A stretch of DNA of 64,000 bases from positions 139,655 through 203,654 of the forward strand of contig CAWHRB010000002.1 of the NCBI GenBank assembly GCA_963831715.1, given 5' to 3'. Every line of letters starts with the position of its first letter. Positions within the stretch are counted from its first letter, which is position 1. The notes beneath the pieces are model-generated. The model ran no database searches. It was not told the DNA's origin and saw only the letters and a list, made by a program, of their open reading frames with translations. Source of the stretch: an uncultured Chloroflexia bacterium. GTDB taxonomy: Bacteria > Chloroflexota > Limnocylindria > Limnocylindrales > CSP1-4. The position numbers were made by a program, and so were the translations under genes. Below are positions 54,714 to 64,000 of the stretch, in pieces.

Positions 54714-57700
54714 TCAGCCAGATACGACGGGCTCCGCGCGCAACCGCGCGACCACGGCACGGGTCAGCTGCCACGCTCGATCCGGACCCGTCGGCACGCG
54801 GATCCGGACCTGGTTCGACGCGAACGTCACGTCGGTGGGACGGACACCCGGTACGCCTCCCTCGCCGAGCAGCCGCATCGCGGCCGAGCGAGTCAGCCCC
54901 GCGCCGAACCGCACGACGAGGCGGCCCTCCTCGCGCGAGATCGAGGACACCCCAGCCACCTCGGCGGCGAGCCGCAGCTCGGCGACCTCGACCAGTCGCT
55001 CGACCGACGCCGGCATCGGACCGAACCGATCCGTGACCTCCTGCCGGAACGCGGCGATGTCAGCGGCCGTCCGAGCCCGCGCCAGCCGTCGATACAGTTC
55101 GAGCTTCTGGGCCTCGTCGGGAACGTAGTCGTCGGGCAGGTGCGCATCGACCGGTAGGTCGACGACCGCCTGCGGCGCAACGACGATCGGGGCGCGGCCC
55201 TCACGCGACGCCTTCTGTGCCTCGACCGCCTCGGCCAGCATCCTCGAGTACAGGTCGAAGCCGACCGCCGCCATGTGCCCCGACTGCTCCGCCCCGAGGA
55301 TGTTCCCTGCGCCGCGGATCTCGAGGTCGGAGAGCGCGATCTGGAAGCCCGCCCCCAGCTCCGACGCGTTGAAGATCGCCTGGAGCCGTTTCCGCGCCTC
55401 GTCGGACAGTCGCTCGCGGCGTCGATAGAGCAGGTAGGCATACGCCCGCCGGGACGATCGACCGACCCGCCCGCGGAGCTGATAGAGCTGCGCCAGCCCG
55501 AGCGTGTCCGCGCGATCGATGATGATCGTGTTGGCGTTGGGGATGTCCAGGCCCGACTCGATGATCGTCGTGGAGACCAGAACGTCGGCCTCGCCGGCCG
55601 CGAACGCGATCATGACCTTCTCGAGGGTGCCCTCCGGCATCTGGCCGTGGCCGACCACGAACCGGGCGTCGGGCAGCAGCCGGCGGAGCTGCTCGGCCTG
55701 CGCCTCGATCGTCTCCACCCGGTTGTGGACGTAGAACACCTGGCCGCCACGGTCGAGCTCACGGAGCATCGCATCGCGCACCAGCCCGGCCGACGCCTCA
55801 GCGACGCGCGTCTGGATCGGCAGGCGATCCTCGGGCGGTGTCTCGATCACCGACAGGTCGCGGATACCCGCCATCGCCAGGTTCAGGGTCCGCGGGATCG
55901 GGGTCGCCGACAGCGTCAGGACATCGACCTCCTGGCGGAGCTGCTTCAGCCGTTCCTTGGCGGCGACCCCGAAGCGCTGCTCCTCATCGACCACGACCAG
56001 GCCGAGATCCTTGAACCGCACGTCCTTCGACAGCAGTCGATGCGTGCCGATCACGATGTCGACCGACCCGTCCGCCAGCCCGGCGAGCGTGGCCGCCTGC
56101 TCCTTGGGCGGGACGAACCGTGACAGCAGCCGGACCTCGATGGGGAACGCCGCGAACCGCTGGCTGAAGGTGGTGTGGTGCTGCGCCGCCAGGACGGTGG
56201 TCGGCACGAGGACGGCGACTTGCCGCCCGTCCTGGGTCGCCTTGAACGCGCCACGCAGGGCCACCTCGGTCTTGCCGTAGCCGACATCGCCGACGACCAG
56301 CCGGTCCATCGGCACCGAGCGCTCCATGTCGGCTTTGACCTCGGCTGTCGCCCGGAGCTGGTCGATCGTCTCCTCGTACGGGAACGACGCCTCCATCTCG
56401 CCCTGCCAGGGCGAGTCCGGCATGAAGGCGTGGCCGTCGGCATCCTCGCGTGCCGCGTACAGCGCCAGCAAGTCGTCGGCGAGCTCGGCTACCGCCTTCC
56501 TGACCTTCTGCTTGGCACGCAGCCACTCGGTGCCGCCAAGCTTGCTGAGGGCCGGTCGCTCGCCGCCCGCATACCGGGTGACTCGGCCGATCTGCTCGAC
56601 CGGCACGAAGATCCGGTCGTTGCCGGCGAAGGCGAGCTCGAGGTAGTCGCGCTCCTCCCCGGCGCCGCCGCGCCGAAGCATCTGCTGGTAGCGCGCGACC
56701 CCATGGTCGATATGGACGACCAGGTCGCCCGGCGCGAGCCGCTCGAGGAGGTCGCGCGGGACGACCCGGCGCAGGGCCTTCGGTCGGCGGACCCGGACGG
56801 TCCCGAACAGCTCGCGGTCGGTGACGAACGTGACGCCATCGGGCCCACCGGCGAAGCCACCATTGAGACTCCGCCCCACGAGAGCGATGGCGCCCGGTGG
56901 TGGTGGGGCCTCGATGCGATCGACGACCCCGACGCTGTGACCCGCCTCCTCGAGAATCTCCGCCAGGCGAGGCGCCTGGTCGGAGGCGAGCACGATGCGG
57001 GCGCCGTCCTCGCGCCACGCCTCGACGGCGTCCGCCAGGCGTCCGGCCCGTCCCAGCGGCAAGGTCGGCTCGCGCCAGCCGAACAGGTCGCCCGAACTGC
57101 GGGCGCTGCTCGCCATCGCGACGTCGGCCGGCGGCTCCGACTCCCAGGTCAGCTCAAGCGTCCGCGACGCGACCAGGCGTTGCTTCCATTCGCGGGGCGG
57201 GAGGTACGTCGAGGGCCAGTCCTTCGGCAGCTCCCCGGCCTCGACGAGCTCGGCGCGCCGCTCATCGGCCTGGCGCCATAGGAAGGACGCTGCCTCTGCG
57301 ATGTCACCGGGCTCGTCCAGGATCAGGACCGTGCCCGGATCGATGTGGTCGAGCGCGGTCGCGGGGGCGAGGTGGGCGGCCCAGATCTCGGCGGCGTCGC
57401 CCACCTGAAGGGCCCGCGAGGCCGCTGCCGCATCGCCCACGCCGTACGCCCGGGCTGCATCCGAGCCGTCCGTCGGGTGCGGGCGGCGTAGCGGGTCGTC
57501 GGTCGTGCCCTCGAACCGGGCCAGGTCGCCGGTGAGTCGCTCGGAGAGGCGAGATGCACGACGCCCGAGGCGCTCGCGGATCGCGGCCACGCCCGTGGTC
57601 GGAAGGAGGAATTCCGACGCGGGGAGGAGCACCGCGCGTTCCACCTTGCCGGTCGTCCGCTGGTCGGTCGGGTCGAACGCCCGCAGCGAGTCGATCTCGT

Positions 57701-58550
57701 CGCCGAAGAACTCGATCCGGATCGGCAGGTCCATCGATGGCGGGAAGACGTCAACGATGCCACCCCGCCTGGCGAACTCCCCGCGACCGGCCACCTCGGT
57801 CACCGGCGAGTAGCCGAGCTGGAACAGGTCGCGCAGCAACGCGTCCTGGTGGAGCCGTGCCCCGACGCGCACTTCACGGGCGTCGTCCGGCAGGTCGCCC
57901 GGGGCGATCGTGTGCTGCAGGAGCGCCTGGACGCTGGCGACGAGGACCCGCGCCCGACCGTGCCGCCATGCCGCCAGCGCCGCCACCCGTGCCGCCGTCT
58001 CGTCGGCGACCAGCTCACTCCGCTCGTAGGCCAGCGCCGTCCGGGGATCGATGACCGCCACCAGCGACGGATCGCCGAGCCATGCCTGCAGCTCCTCGGC
58101 AACGCGGTCGCCGATCTCGGCGTCCCTGCCGATCCACACGATCCGTTCGCCGAGCGCTAGTGCCGCCGCAAGGTAGGACTTGGCCCCGTGAGGGACCGCC
58201 ACGACTCCGGCATGCCGCCCGACCCGGCCGATGTCGCCGGCCGACCCGAGCCGCTCTCGGATCGTGGCGAACGAGCCAGTCGCGGCAAGGAGAGGCGGCA
58301 GCGCCGACAGATCGGGAAGGCGATGTCCGGAACGCCGAGGCTCCTCGGTGGGACGCGGGCGCGGCGCCTGCCGCACGGCCGCCCGACGAGCGTCCTCGAC
58401 CTCCGCATCGACCGCGCCCACGTCGAAGTCGACGGCCTCGTCATCGGCTGGTCGGGCGTGCCGTTGTGCGAAGTCGGCCGCGACTCGTTCGGCGATCTTC
58501 CGCTCGCGTCCGCGCCGACCTCGGAGCGGTTGGCGTGTCGACTCAGGCAT
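54714..58550 (-). CDS. mfd: Transcription-repair coupling factor with an N-terminal low-complexity extension
   Basis: GEFARRGGIVDVFP, DLVVHIDHGVARY, GDVGYGKTEV, VVDEEQRFGV, SATPIPRTL, QLRGRVGRS, DLEIRGAGNILG. Confidence 0.96.
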   Translation of the reverse strand: MPESTRQPLRGRRGRERKIAERVAADFAQRHARPADDEAVDFDVGAVDAEVEDARRAAVRQAPRPRPTEEPRRSGHRLPDLSALPPLLAATGSFATIRERLGSAGDIGRVGRHAGVVAVPHGAKSYLAAALALGERIVWIGRDAEIGDRVAEELQAWLGDPSLVAVIDPRTALAYERSELVADETAARVAALAAWRHGRARVLVASVQALLQHTIAPGDLPDDAREVRVGARLHQDALLRDLFQLGYSPVTEVAGRGEFARRGGIVDVFPPSMDLPIRIEFFGDEIDSLRAFDPTDQRTTGKVERAVLLPASEFLLPTTGVAAIRERLGRRASRLSERLTGDLARFEGTTDDPLRRPHPTDGSDAARAYGVGDAAAASRALQVGDAAEIWAAHLAPATALDHIDPGTVLILDEPGDIAEAASFLWRQADERRAELVEAGELPKDWPSTYLPPREWKQRLVASRTLELTWESEPPADVAMASSARSSGDLFGWREPTLPLGRAGRLADAVEAWREDGARIVLASDQAPRLAEILEEAGHSVGVVDRIEAPPPPGAIALVGRSLNGGFAGGPDGVTFVTDRELFGTVRVRRPKALRRVVPRDLLERLAPGDLVVHIDHGVARYQQMLRRGGAGEERDYLELAFAGNDRIFVPVEQIGRVTRYAGGERPALSKLGGTEWLRAKQKVRKAVAELADDLLALYAAREDADGHAFMPDSPWQGEMEASFPYEETIDQLRATAEVKADMERSVPMDRLVVGDVGYGKTEVALRGAFKATQDGRQVAVLVPTTVLAAQHHTTFSQRFAAFPIEVRLLSRFVPPKEQAATLAGLADGSVDIVIGTHRLLSKDVRFKDLGLVVVDEEQRFGVAAKERLKQLRQEVDVLTLSATPIPRTLNLAMAGIRDLSVIETPPEDRLPIQTRVAEASAGLVRDAMLRELDRGGQVFYVHNRVETIEAQAEQLRRLLPDARFVVGHGQMPEGTLEKVMIAFAAGEADVLVSTTIIESGLDIPNANTIIIDRADTLGLAQLYQLRGRVGRSSRRAYAYLLYRRRERLSDEARKRLQAIFNASELGAGFQIALSDLEIRGAGNILGAEQSGHMAAVGFDLYSRMLAEAVEAQKASREGRAPIVVAPQAVVDLPVDAHLPDDYVPDEAQKLELYRRLARARTAADIAAFRQEVTDRFGPMPASVERLVEVAELRLAAEVAGVSSISREEGRLVVRFGAGLTRSAAMRLLGEGGVPGVRPTDVTFASNQVRIRVPTGPDRAWQLTRAVVARLRAEPVVSG

Positions 58551-59238
58551 CGGGCGTCCCGTCCCGCCTCGGGAGGACCCGCCGCCAGCCGGTGCGCGTC
58601 CGTCGGATGCCCTCCTCGTCGGGCGGACCGTCGACTTCGCCGGGCGCCGCGAGGAGCGAGACGTCGGCCTCGCGCAGTTGGAAGGTGTTGAAGCGATTGG
58701 CGGCCTTGCTCGTACCGTCGCGGGCCCAGGCCTCGACGCCGTCGGCGGCTGCATCGAGCAGCTCATCGAGCCGCTGGGCCTCGTCCGGCTCGAAGCGCGA
58801 CAGGACGTGGTCGCGCGCATTCCTCACCGGATCGCCGATGCCGATCCGGAATCGGCTGAATTTCTCGGTGCCGAGCTCGTCGACGATCGATCGCAGGCCG
58901 TTGTGGCCGCCGTGACTGCCCGATTCCCGGAACCGCAGCTTCCCGAAGGGCAGGGCGAAGTCGTCGGCGACGATCAAGAGGTCCCCGAGGGGCGCGTGCT
59001 CCCGGGCCAGCACCTTGCGGACCGCGAGACCCGAGTCATTCATCCAGGTCAGTGGCTTCACGAGGGTCAGGTCGAGCCCCTCGTGGCGACCCATGACGAC
59101 GTTGGAGGCGTCGCGCTGGCGGCCACGGCCCGACCAACCGGCACGCTCCGCGAGCCGATCGAGCACGAGCCAACCGATGTTGTGACGCGTCCCGGCATAC
59201 CGCTCACCCGGATTGCCGAGCCCGACGACGACCTTCAC
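58543..59238 (-). CDS. pth: Peptidyl-tRNA hydrolase with a C-terminal extension
   Basis: VVGLGNPG, TRHNIG, KPLTWMNDSG, GSHGGHNGLRSI, DHVLSRF. Confidence 0.95.
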   Translation of the reverse strand: MKVVVGLGNPGERYAGTRHNIGWLVLDRLAERAGWSGRGRQRDASNVVMGRHEGLDLTLVKPLTWMNDSGLAVRKVLAREHAPLGDLLIVADDFALPFGKLRFRESGSHGGHNGLRSIVDELGTEKFSRFRIGIGDPVRNARDHVLSRFEPDEAQRLDELLDAAADGVEAWARDGTSKAANRFNTFQLREADVSLLAAPGEVDGPPDEEGIRRTRTGWRRVLPRRDGTPDA

Positions 59239-59424
59239 GTTCCTTGCCTGACCTGCCTGCGGACAGCACGACGCGGCCCGAATCCCGTCCGCCGGGCGAC
59301 GTCACGACATCGCCCGAGCCGCAGGAGGGCCGAGCGTCGATGGTACCCGCCGGCGCCACGGACCGCCGGTCAGGGGCGGACCCAGCGGGCGCAGCCCGCC
59401 GCGCCGGCCGACCAACCCCTGCGC

Positions 59425-59572
59425 GATGCGCCGATTTCGTCGCATCTCAAGGCGAGATCGAGATCGGCGCCGGCGCTGCCGCACGCCGATCCGATCGCCG
59501 GGGACCCGAGATACGCCTCCGGTGAGCGTCGATCCGTATTCTCGGACCCGAAACCGCCGAAATCGTCGGATC
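59425..59572. repeat. Second cluster of the same REP-like palindrome
   Basis: GATGCGCCGATTTCGTCGCATC (59425-59446) matches the 3714 copy at 20/22 positions; CGCCGAAATCGTCG (59555-59568) is an exact 14-mer of it. Confidence 0.7.
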
Positions 59573-59628
59573 GATTTGCGCGGGCGTCGCGCGCGTCGGT
59601 CGAGCCACCCCGCCGATTGGAGGACCTG

Positions 59629-60078
59629 ATGCCGAACTTCCTGCCCACCCTCACGCGTTCCCAGAATGAGATGGCGCACTGCCTCCAGGATCACATCGTC
59701 GAGCTCGGGCTCATGACCGACGAGTTCCTGGTCATCTGGTCTGCCGTGGACGATCCGCAGGCGACCGCGGCCACCATCCGCCGGCGCCTTGGGCTGCGCC
59801 AGTCGACCTTCACGAGCATGGTCGCCAGACTCGTCGCGCGGGGCTACCTCAGTACGCGGACATCGATGCGCGACCGGCGGACGAGGTATCTCATCCCGAC
59901 CCGCCCGGGGCTGACTGCGGTTCGGATCGCGAGGATGATCCATCTCGATCTCGAGGAGCTGGCCCGACCCTATGACGCTGTCGAGACCTCCCGGGGGCTC
60001 GGGCGGCTCGCCTTGCTTATCAGCCGGCTGCCCGAGCCGATCCTCATGGAAGACGGACTTCCGCTCGTCACCGCGTGA
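59629..60078 (+). CDS. MarR-like winged-helix transcriptional regulator
   Basis: LGLRQSTFTSMVARLVARGYL...DRRTRYLIPT (DRR wing motif). GGAGG SD upstream; overlaps the ybeY 3' end convergently. Confidence 0.7.
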   Translation: MPNFLPTLTRSQNEMAHCLQDHIVELGLMTDEFLVIWSAVDDPQATAATIRRRLGLRQSTFTSMVARLVARGYLSTRTSMRDRRTRYLIPTRPGLTAVRIARMIHLDLEELARPYDAVETSRGLGRLALLISRLPEPILMEDGLPLVTA

Positions 60079-60592
60079 CGGCGAGCAGTCGCTGTTCCAG
60101 GGCTCGCATCTCGCGCTCGTACGACGCAGTCGCATGGTCCCAGCCGCAGACGTGCAGCGTCCCGTGGGTCACCAGGAGGCGCAGCTCCTCGGATGGCGAC
60201 CACCGGACATCGCCGGTCTGGCCGCCGCTGCCTTGAGCGGCCTGCTCGATCGCGCGCTCGACCGACACGACGATGTCGCCGAGGTGGATACGACTGCCGG
60301 GCGGCCGCGGGATGGCGGGCGCGGCGGCTCCCGAGGTGAACGACGAGGGTGGCAGCAAGGGAAAAGACAGGACGTCCGTCGGTCCTGCGTGGCCCATGTG
60401 CTCGACGTTCAGGGCCGCCAGCTCCGCATCGTCGGTGAGGATCAGGCCGATCGACGCTGGGGACGGGGCATCGATCCCATCGAGCGCCGTGGCGATGGTG
60501 CGCGCCAGGCTGGCCGCCGATGCCGGCGAGCGGATGCCGTCGCGCACGTCGATGTCGATCCGCCACGGCCGGTGGTAGATCGACCGGGTCAC
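60068..60592 (-). CDS. ybeY: rRNA maturation endoribonuclease YbeY
   Basis: PTDVLSFP, LGDIVVS, HGTLHVCGWDH (H3xH5xH). Confidence 0.93.
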   Translation of the reverse strand: MTRSIYHRPWRIDIDVRDGIRSPASAASLARTIATALDGIDAPSPASIGLILTDDAELAALNVEHMGHAGPTDVLSFPLLPPSSFTSGAAAPAIPRPPGSRIHLGDIVVSVERAIEQAAQGSGGQTGDVRWSPSEELRLLVTHGTLHVCGWDHATASYEREMRALEQRLLAVTR

Positions 60593-62799
60593 GAGGCGGG
60601 TCGGTCGTCTCCGGCGCCCGCCGAGCCGCCCACCAGCCCGCTCGGCGAGCCGCCTGCCGCCTGTGCCCGGCGCGATTCGAGCTCGACGACCGTGTTCTGC
60701 GGGTAGGCGATGCGCGTGTGGTACATGCCGAGGAGCTGCGCCACGAATGCGTCCTTGATCAGCTCCAGGTCACGGAAGGTCAGGTCGCACTCGTCGAACT
60801 GGCCGTCGGTGATCCGCTCGTCGATGATGCGCGACACCATCGCCCGGATGGAGGGCTCGTCGCGGGAGACCAGCGAGCGAACGGACGCCTCGACGCTGTC
60901 GGCGAGCATGATCAGCGCTGCCTCCCGGGTCTGGGGCTTGGGGCCGGCATGCCGGAACTTGCGCTCGTCGACCGCCGCGGCCGCTTTGGCGCCTTCGGAC
61001 GTGCCCAGGCCGCCGAATGCCTCCGCCGCACGCTCCCGCGCGCGAGCCAGGAAGTAGCTCATGACCGCCGTCCCGTGGTGCTGCGGGATGTACGCGATGA
61101 GCGCCTTGGGCAGCCGGGCGGCGTAGGCGGTATCGATGCCATCGGCGACGTGCTGCTTGAGGATCTGGGCGCTCACCTCGGGCTCCAGCTGGTCGTGGAT
61201 GTTCTCGCCGCCCGCCTGGTTCTCGATGAACGCCAGTGGGTTCGAGAGCTTGCCGACGTCGTGGTAGTAGGCGGCGACACGGGTGACGAGCGAGTCGGCC
61301 CCGATCGCTTCAGCAGCCCGTTCCGCCAGATTGCCGACCATCAAGGAGTGGTGGTAGGTCCCGGGTGTCTCGACCAGGAGGCGACGCAGGAGCGGCTGCG
61401 ACGGGTTCGCCAACTCGAGCAGCTGGAAGACGGTGAGGATGCCGAAGGCCGATCCGAGCACCGCGAAGGTGCCGACTGCCACCACAGCGGAGCCGGCCGC
61501 GGACGCACCTGAGGCGAACCACAGCTCGAGGACGCCGCGGATATCACGTGTGCCGAGCAGTGAGAAGACCGACACCACGAGCGCATTGACGATGAACACC
61601 GCGATCGCGGCCTGCACGAAGACCTGGAGTCGATCGCCCTTGCGGACCGTCAGGATGCCGGCCAGACCACCGAGGAAGATGTAGGTCGCGAACTCGAGCG
61701 ACGAGCCGGCGAGGGCCCCACCGACGATGGCGATGATGGCCATCACGATGGTCGCCACGGAGGCATCGAGCAGGATCACGAGGACCATGCCGATGGCCGC
61801 GGTTGGCAGGAAGTACCCGAGCAACTCGCGTCCCGCGGTCACCTTCAGGGCGACGGCCGTGCCGACGAGCAGCAACCCGATCAGCAACAGCACGTTGCCG
61901 CGGTGCCAAAGGACGGGGCGGAACCGCCAGATCCAGGTCAGCAACATCGCGACCGTCAGGACCGCGAGCAGGAACCAGCCCGCGAATGCCGCGACGTCGA
62001 GCGGCGCGTCCACGCCGAGTCCGAGGGCCTCGATGACCTCGAGATCGGCGGCCGTCAGCGGCGTCCCGTTGCGCACGACCACCTCGCCCTGGGCGATCTC
62101 GACGCGGACGGGCTGGACGACCTCGGCCGCACGATCACGCGCCTGATCGGTCAGCGTCTGATCGAACGACGAGTTCGGCACGATCAGCGGCCGGATCAGC
62201 TCGCCGGCCAGCATCCGCTCCGCCTCGTCGAGGTCGCCACCCATGCGGCCGCTGATGGTCGCCCTGGCATCGGCGACTTCCGTGTCGCGCAGCTCTGTTC
62301 GCAGCGTGCCATCGAGGACCCGCGCCGCCTCGGTGCGGACGGCCGCCCAGCGGGGAGCGTCGATCGCCTGGAGCGTGGCCTGGGCAGTGGCGGTCAGTCC
62401 GGGGATCGCGGTTTCGAGGAGCGCCATCCGCTCCTCCGCGGTGAGATCCGTCGCGAACGCCGTGTCGACCCGACCCACCCGCTCGGTGAACGCTGTGGCC
62501 TGCTCGTTGGCGATGGCGATCGCATTCTCGGCCGTGAAGTCGAACTGGAACGGGACCGCCGCCCGTGCCGTCGTCCGCGCCTCTTCGGTGAGCGTCTGGC
62601 TTTCGAACGAGAGCGCACGCGGGGCGGTCAGGTCCTCGCGGACGACCTCGCCCGCTTCGTAGCGCACCGGGTCGGAGGGCAGCAGGTCGACCGCCAGGAT
62701 GGCCGTGAGCACGACGATCAACGCCGTCGCGGCGACCCCCAGGCGGACGGCGTCGTTGCGGGTGAATCGCGCCAGAGCGGGGGCGCGCTGGGTCAGCAT
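60589..62799 (-). CDS. 7TM-HD phosphohydrolase (YqfF/PgpH-like, possible c-di-AMP phosphodiesterase)
   Basis: Extracellular 7TM-HDED region, TM bundle, ETPGTYHHS, AYYHDVGK, FIENQ, QHHGT, IMLADSVEA. Confidence 0.88.
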   Translation of the reverse strand: MLTQRAPALARFTRNDAVRLGVAATALIVVLTAILAVDLLPSDPVRYEAGEVVREDLTAPRALSFESQTLTEEARTTARAAVPFQFDFTAENAIAIANEQATAFTERVGRVDTAFATDLTAEERMALLETAIPGLTATAQATLQAIDAPRWAAVRTEAARVLDGTLRTELRDTEVADARATISGRMGGDLDEAERMLAGELIRPLIVPNSSFDQTLTDQARDRAAEVVQPVRVEIAQGEVVVRNGTPLTAADLEVIEALGLGVDAPLDVAAFAGWFLLAVLTVAMLLTWIWRFRPVLWHRGNVLLLIGLLLVGTAVALKVTAGRELLGYFLPTAAIGMVLVILLDASVATIVMAIIAIVGGALAGSSLEFATYIFLGGLAGILTVRKGDRLQVFVQAAIAVFIVNALVVSVFSLLGTRDIRGVLELWFASGASAAGSAVVAVGTFAVLGSAFGILTVFQLLELANPSQPLLRRLLVETPGTYHHSLMVGNLAERAAEAIGADSLVTRVAAYYHDVGKLSNPLAFIENQAGGENIHDQLEPEVSAQILKQHVADGIDTAYAARLPKALIAYIPQHHGTAVMSYFLARARERAAEAFGGLGTSEGAKAAAAVDERKFRHAGPKPQTREAALIMLADSVEASVRSLVSRDEPSIRAMVSRIIDERITDGQFDECDLTFRDLELIKDAFVAQLLGMYHTRIAYPQNTVVELESRRAQAAGGSPSGLVGGSAGAGDDRPAS

Positions 62800-63278
62800 C
62801 AGTGGCCGCTCACGTCATGACCGGCGAGGTCGGCCTTCGCCAGGGCGCTCGCGACCCGCCCGCTGACGACCTTGCCGTCGGCGCGGCCGCGCGTCTTCGG
62901 GGCGAGCCAGCCCATGACCTTGCCAAGGTCGCGGGCGCTCGTGGCCCCGGTCGCGGCGATGGCCTCATCCACGAGGCTGTCGACCTCGGCTTCGGATAGG
63001 GCCTGCGGCAGGTACTCGGCCAGGATGTCGATCTCGGACTGCTCCTTCGCGGCGAGGTCCGCCCGGCCGCCCTTGGTGTACGCCTCGACCGACTCGCGAC
63101 GGGTCTTGACCTCCCGGGTCAGCACGCCCAGGTACTCGTCGTCGGTGACCGGACGCCCCTCGCGCTTCTCGATCGCGTAGGCGGCGTTGGTGGCCATGCG
63201 CAGGACGTCGCGGCGCAGGGCGTCACCGCCGCGCATCGCGGCGGTGATGTCGGACTGGATGCGTTCCTGAAGGGACAC
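62799..63278 (-). CDS. yqeY: GatB/YqeY domain protein
   Basis: REVKTRRESVEAYTKGGRADLA, YLPQALS, DLGKVMG, GRADGK. Confidence 0.9.
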   Translation of the reverse strand: MSLQERIQSDITAAMRGGDALRRDVLRMATNAAYAIEKREGRPVTDDEYLGVLTREVKTRRESVEAYTKGGRADLAAKEQSEIDILAEYLPQALSEAEVDSLVDEAIAATGATSARDLGKVMGWLAPKTRGRADGKVVSGRVASALAKADLAGHDVSGH

Positions 63279-63352
63279 CGGTCTGGCTTACCTCGGGCGG
63301 TCGTGCGAGACGCCCGCGGGGTCGCAGGTTGTCGGCAGCGGTGCGATCCCGC

Positions 63353-63538
63353 TCAGCCGGCCTGCGTTCGGGCGTTCTTCTTGCGCTTTGCTTCCTTGCG
63401 CTTGCGCTTCACGGACGGCTTCTCGTAGTGCTCGCGTCGGCGAGCCTCGGCGAGGATGCCGCTCTGCTGGATCTTCTTGTTGAAGCGACGCAGGGCGCTC
63501 TCGAACGTCTCGTTCTCCCCTACTCGGACTTCAGCCAA
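63353..63538 (-). CDS. rpsU: 30S ribosomal protein S21
   Basis: [19 protein letters not shown]...[19 protein letters not shown] start after the SD AAGGAGGTGA. Confidence 0.95.
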   Translation of the reverse strand: MAEVRVGENETFESALRRFNKKIQQSGILAEARRREHYEKPSVKRKRKEAKRKKNARTQAG

Positions 63539-63641
63539 TCGGTGTTCACCTCCTTCGACCAGGGTCTCGTGTGCGTCGTCCTGATGCGCGGCCGACCGAT
63601 CGGGACGCGGGCTCGAGCGGCCAGGGCCGCAGAGCCGCCGG

Positions 63642-63670
63642 AGTCTACCCGAGGGGTCCGGGGTGGTCAA
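63642..63670 (-). promoter_or_regulatory. Sigma-70-type promoter of the rpsU operon
   Basis: TTGACC-N17-TAGACT. Confidence 0.65.
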
Positions 63671-63748
63671 ACGGCCGAAAACGCCCTCGACCGAGCGTCG
63701 TACGATGCGGCGACCCGCCACGTCGCAACCACCCAACGGAAGTCGGCG

Positions 63749-64000
63749 ATGCCCGGAACGCTGCTCGATCTGCTCGGTTCTGCCGTCACCCGCTATGGCG
63801 AGCGGCCGGCACTCGGCGTGCGCCATGACGATGGGTCGACGACGACCTGGACCTACCGCGAGCTAGACCGACGGGCGCGCATCGCGGCATGGCGGCTGCG
63901 GGCGCTGGACCTCGAACCGGGCGACCGCGTCCTGACCTGGAGTCCGTCGACACCGGAATTGCCGGCGGCCTACTACGGCGCCATGCACGCGCGACTGGTG
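63749..64000 (+). CDS. AMP-binding enzyme (acyl-CoA synthetase family), N-terminal part only
   Basis: MPGTLLDLL...YGERPAL...[28 protein letters not shown]. Truncated by the right edge of the window. Confidence 0.75.
   Translation, partial: MPGTLLDLLGSAVTRYGERPALGVRHDDGSTTTWTYRELDRRARIAAWRLRALDLEPGDRVLTWSPSTPELPAAYYGAMHARLV

Noticed and set aside
53740-55157. Apparent 486-aa ORF extending upstream of the MFS gene, and similar extended ORFs for ahcY, btuD, GNAT, cobS and mfd
   Set aside because: These are open-frame run-ons overlapping neighbouring genes. Starts were trimmed to codons that give stop/start coupling or a plausible SD or promoter.
59244-59654. Short ORFs in the pth-MarR intergenic region
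   Set aside because: No SD, low-complexity translations, and they overlap the palindromic repeats.

Overview
A very GC-rich, densely coded bacterial chromosome segment. I see no rRNA, tRNA, CRISPR array, integrase or transposase. The gene set resembles Chloroflexota, possibly Limnocylindria-like; this is inference only. Housekeeping blocks: accD/birA, lysC, hom-thrC-thrB, trpS, surE, a cobalamin uptake and nucleotide-loop operon (btuFCD-cobS-cobU-cobT-cobC) under a short class-II-like cobalamin riboswitch, manC-manB-cupin, a polyamine ABC transporter with a divergent XRE-cupin regulator, an apt-mtnA-GNAT-ahcY...metK cluster, mfd-pth, and rpsU-yqeY-7TM-HD-ybeY. The strongest candidate for an undescribed system is at 14026-19937. 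There an ECF sigma factor is translationally coupled to a 1750-aa protein with an N-terminal zinc anti-sigma motif (HxxxCxxC), one transmembrane helix, two Ig-like domains and a complete alpha-2-macroglobulin-like ectodomain whose thioester motif is replaced. This suggests a protease-sensing one-protein anti-sigma receptor. Other notable items: a second ECF/anti-sigma pair wedged between birA and accD, a metzincin-like secreted protein with DExxH in place of HExxH, an MtnA with a twin-arginine-like N-terminal extension, a shared palindromic intergenic repeat at two loci 56 kb apart, many apparently leaderless genes, an internal in-frame start for the aspartokinase beta subunit, and two adjacent genes each with a +1 frameshift. 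All product calls come from motif recognition by eye; no searches were run.
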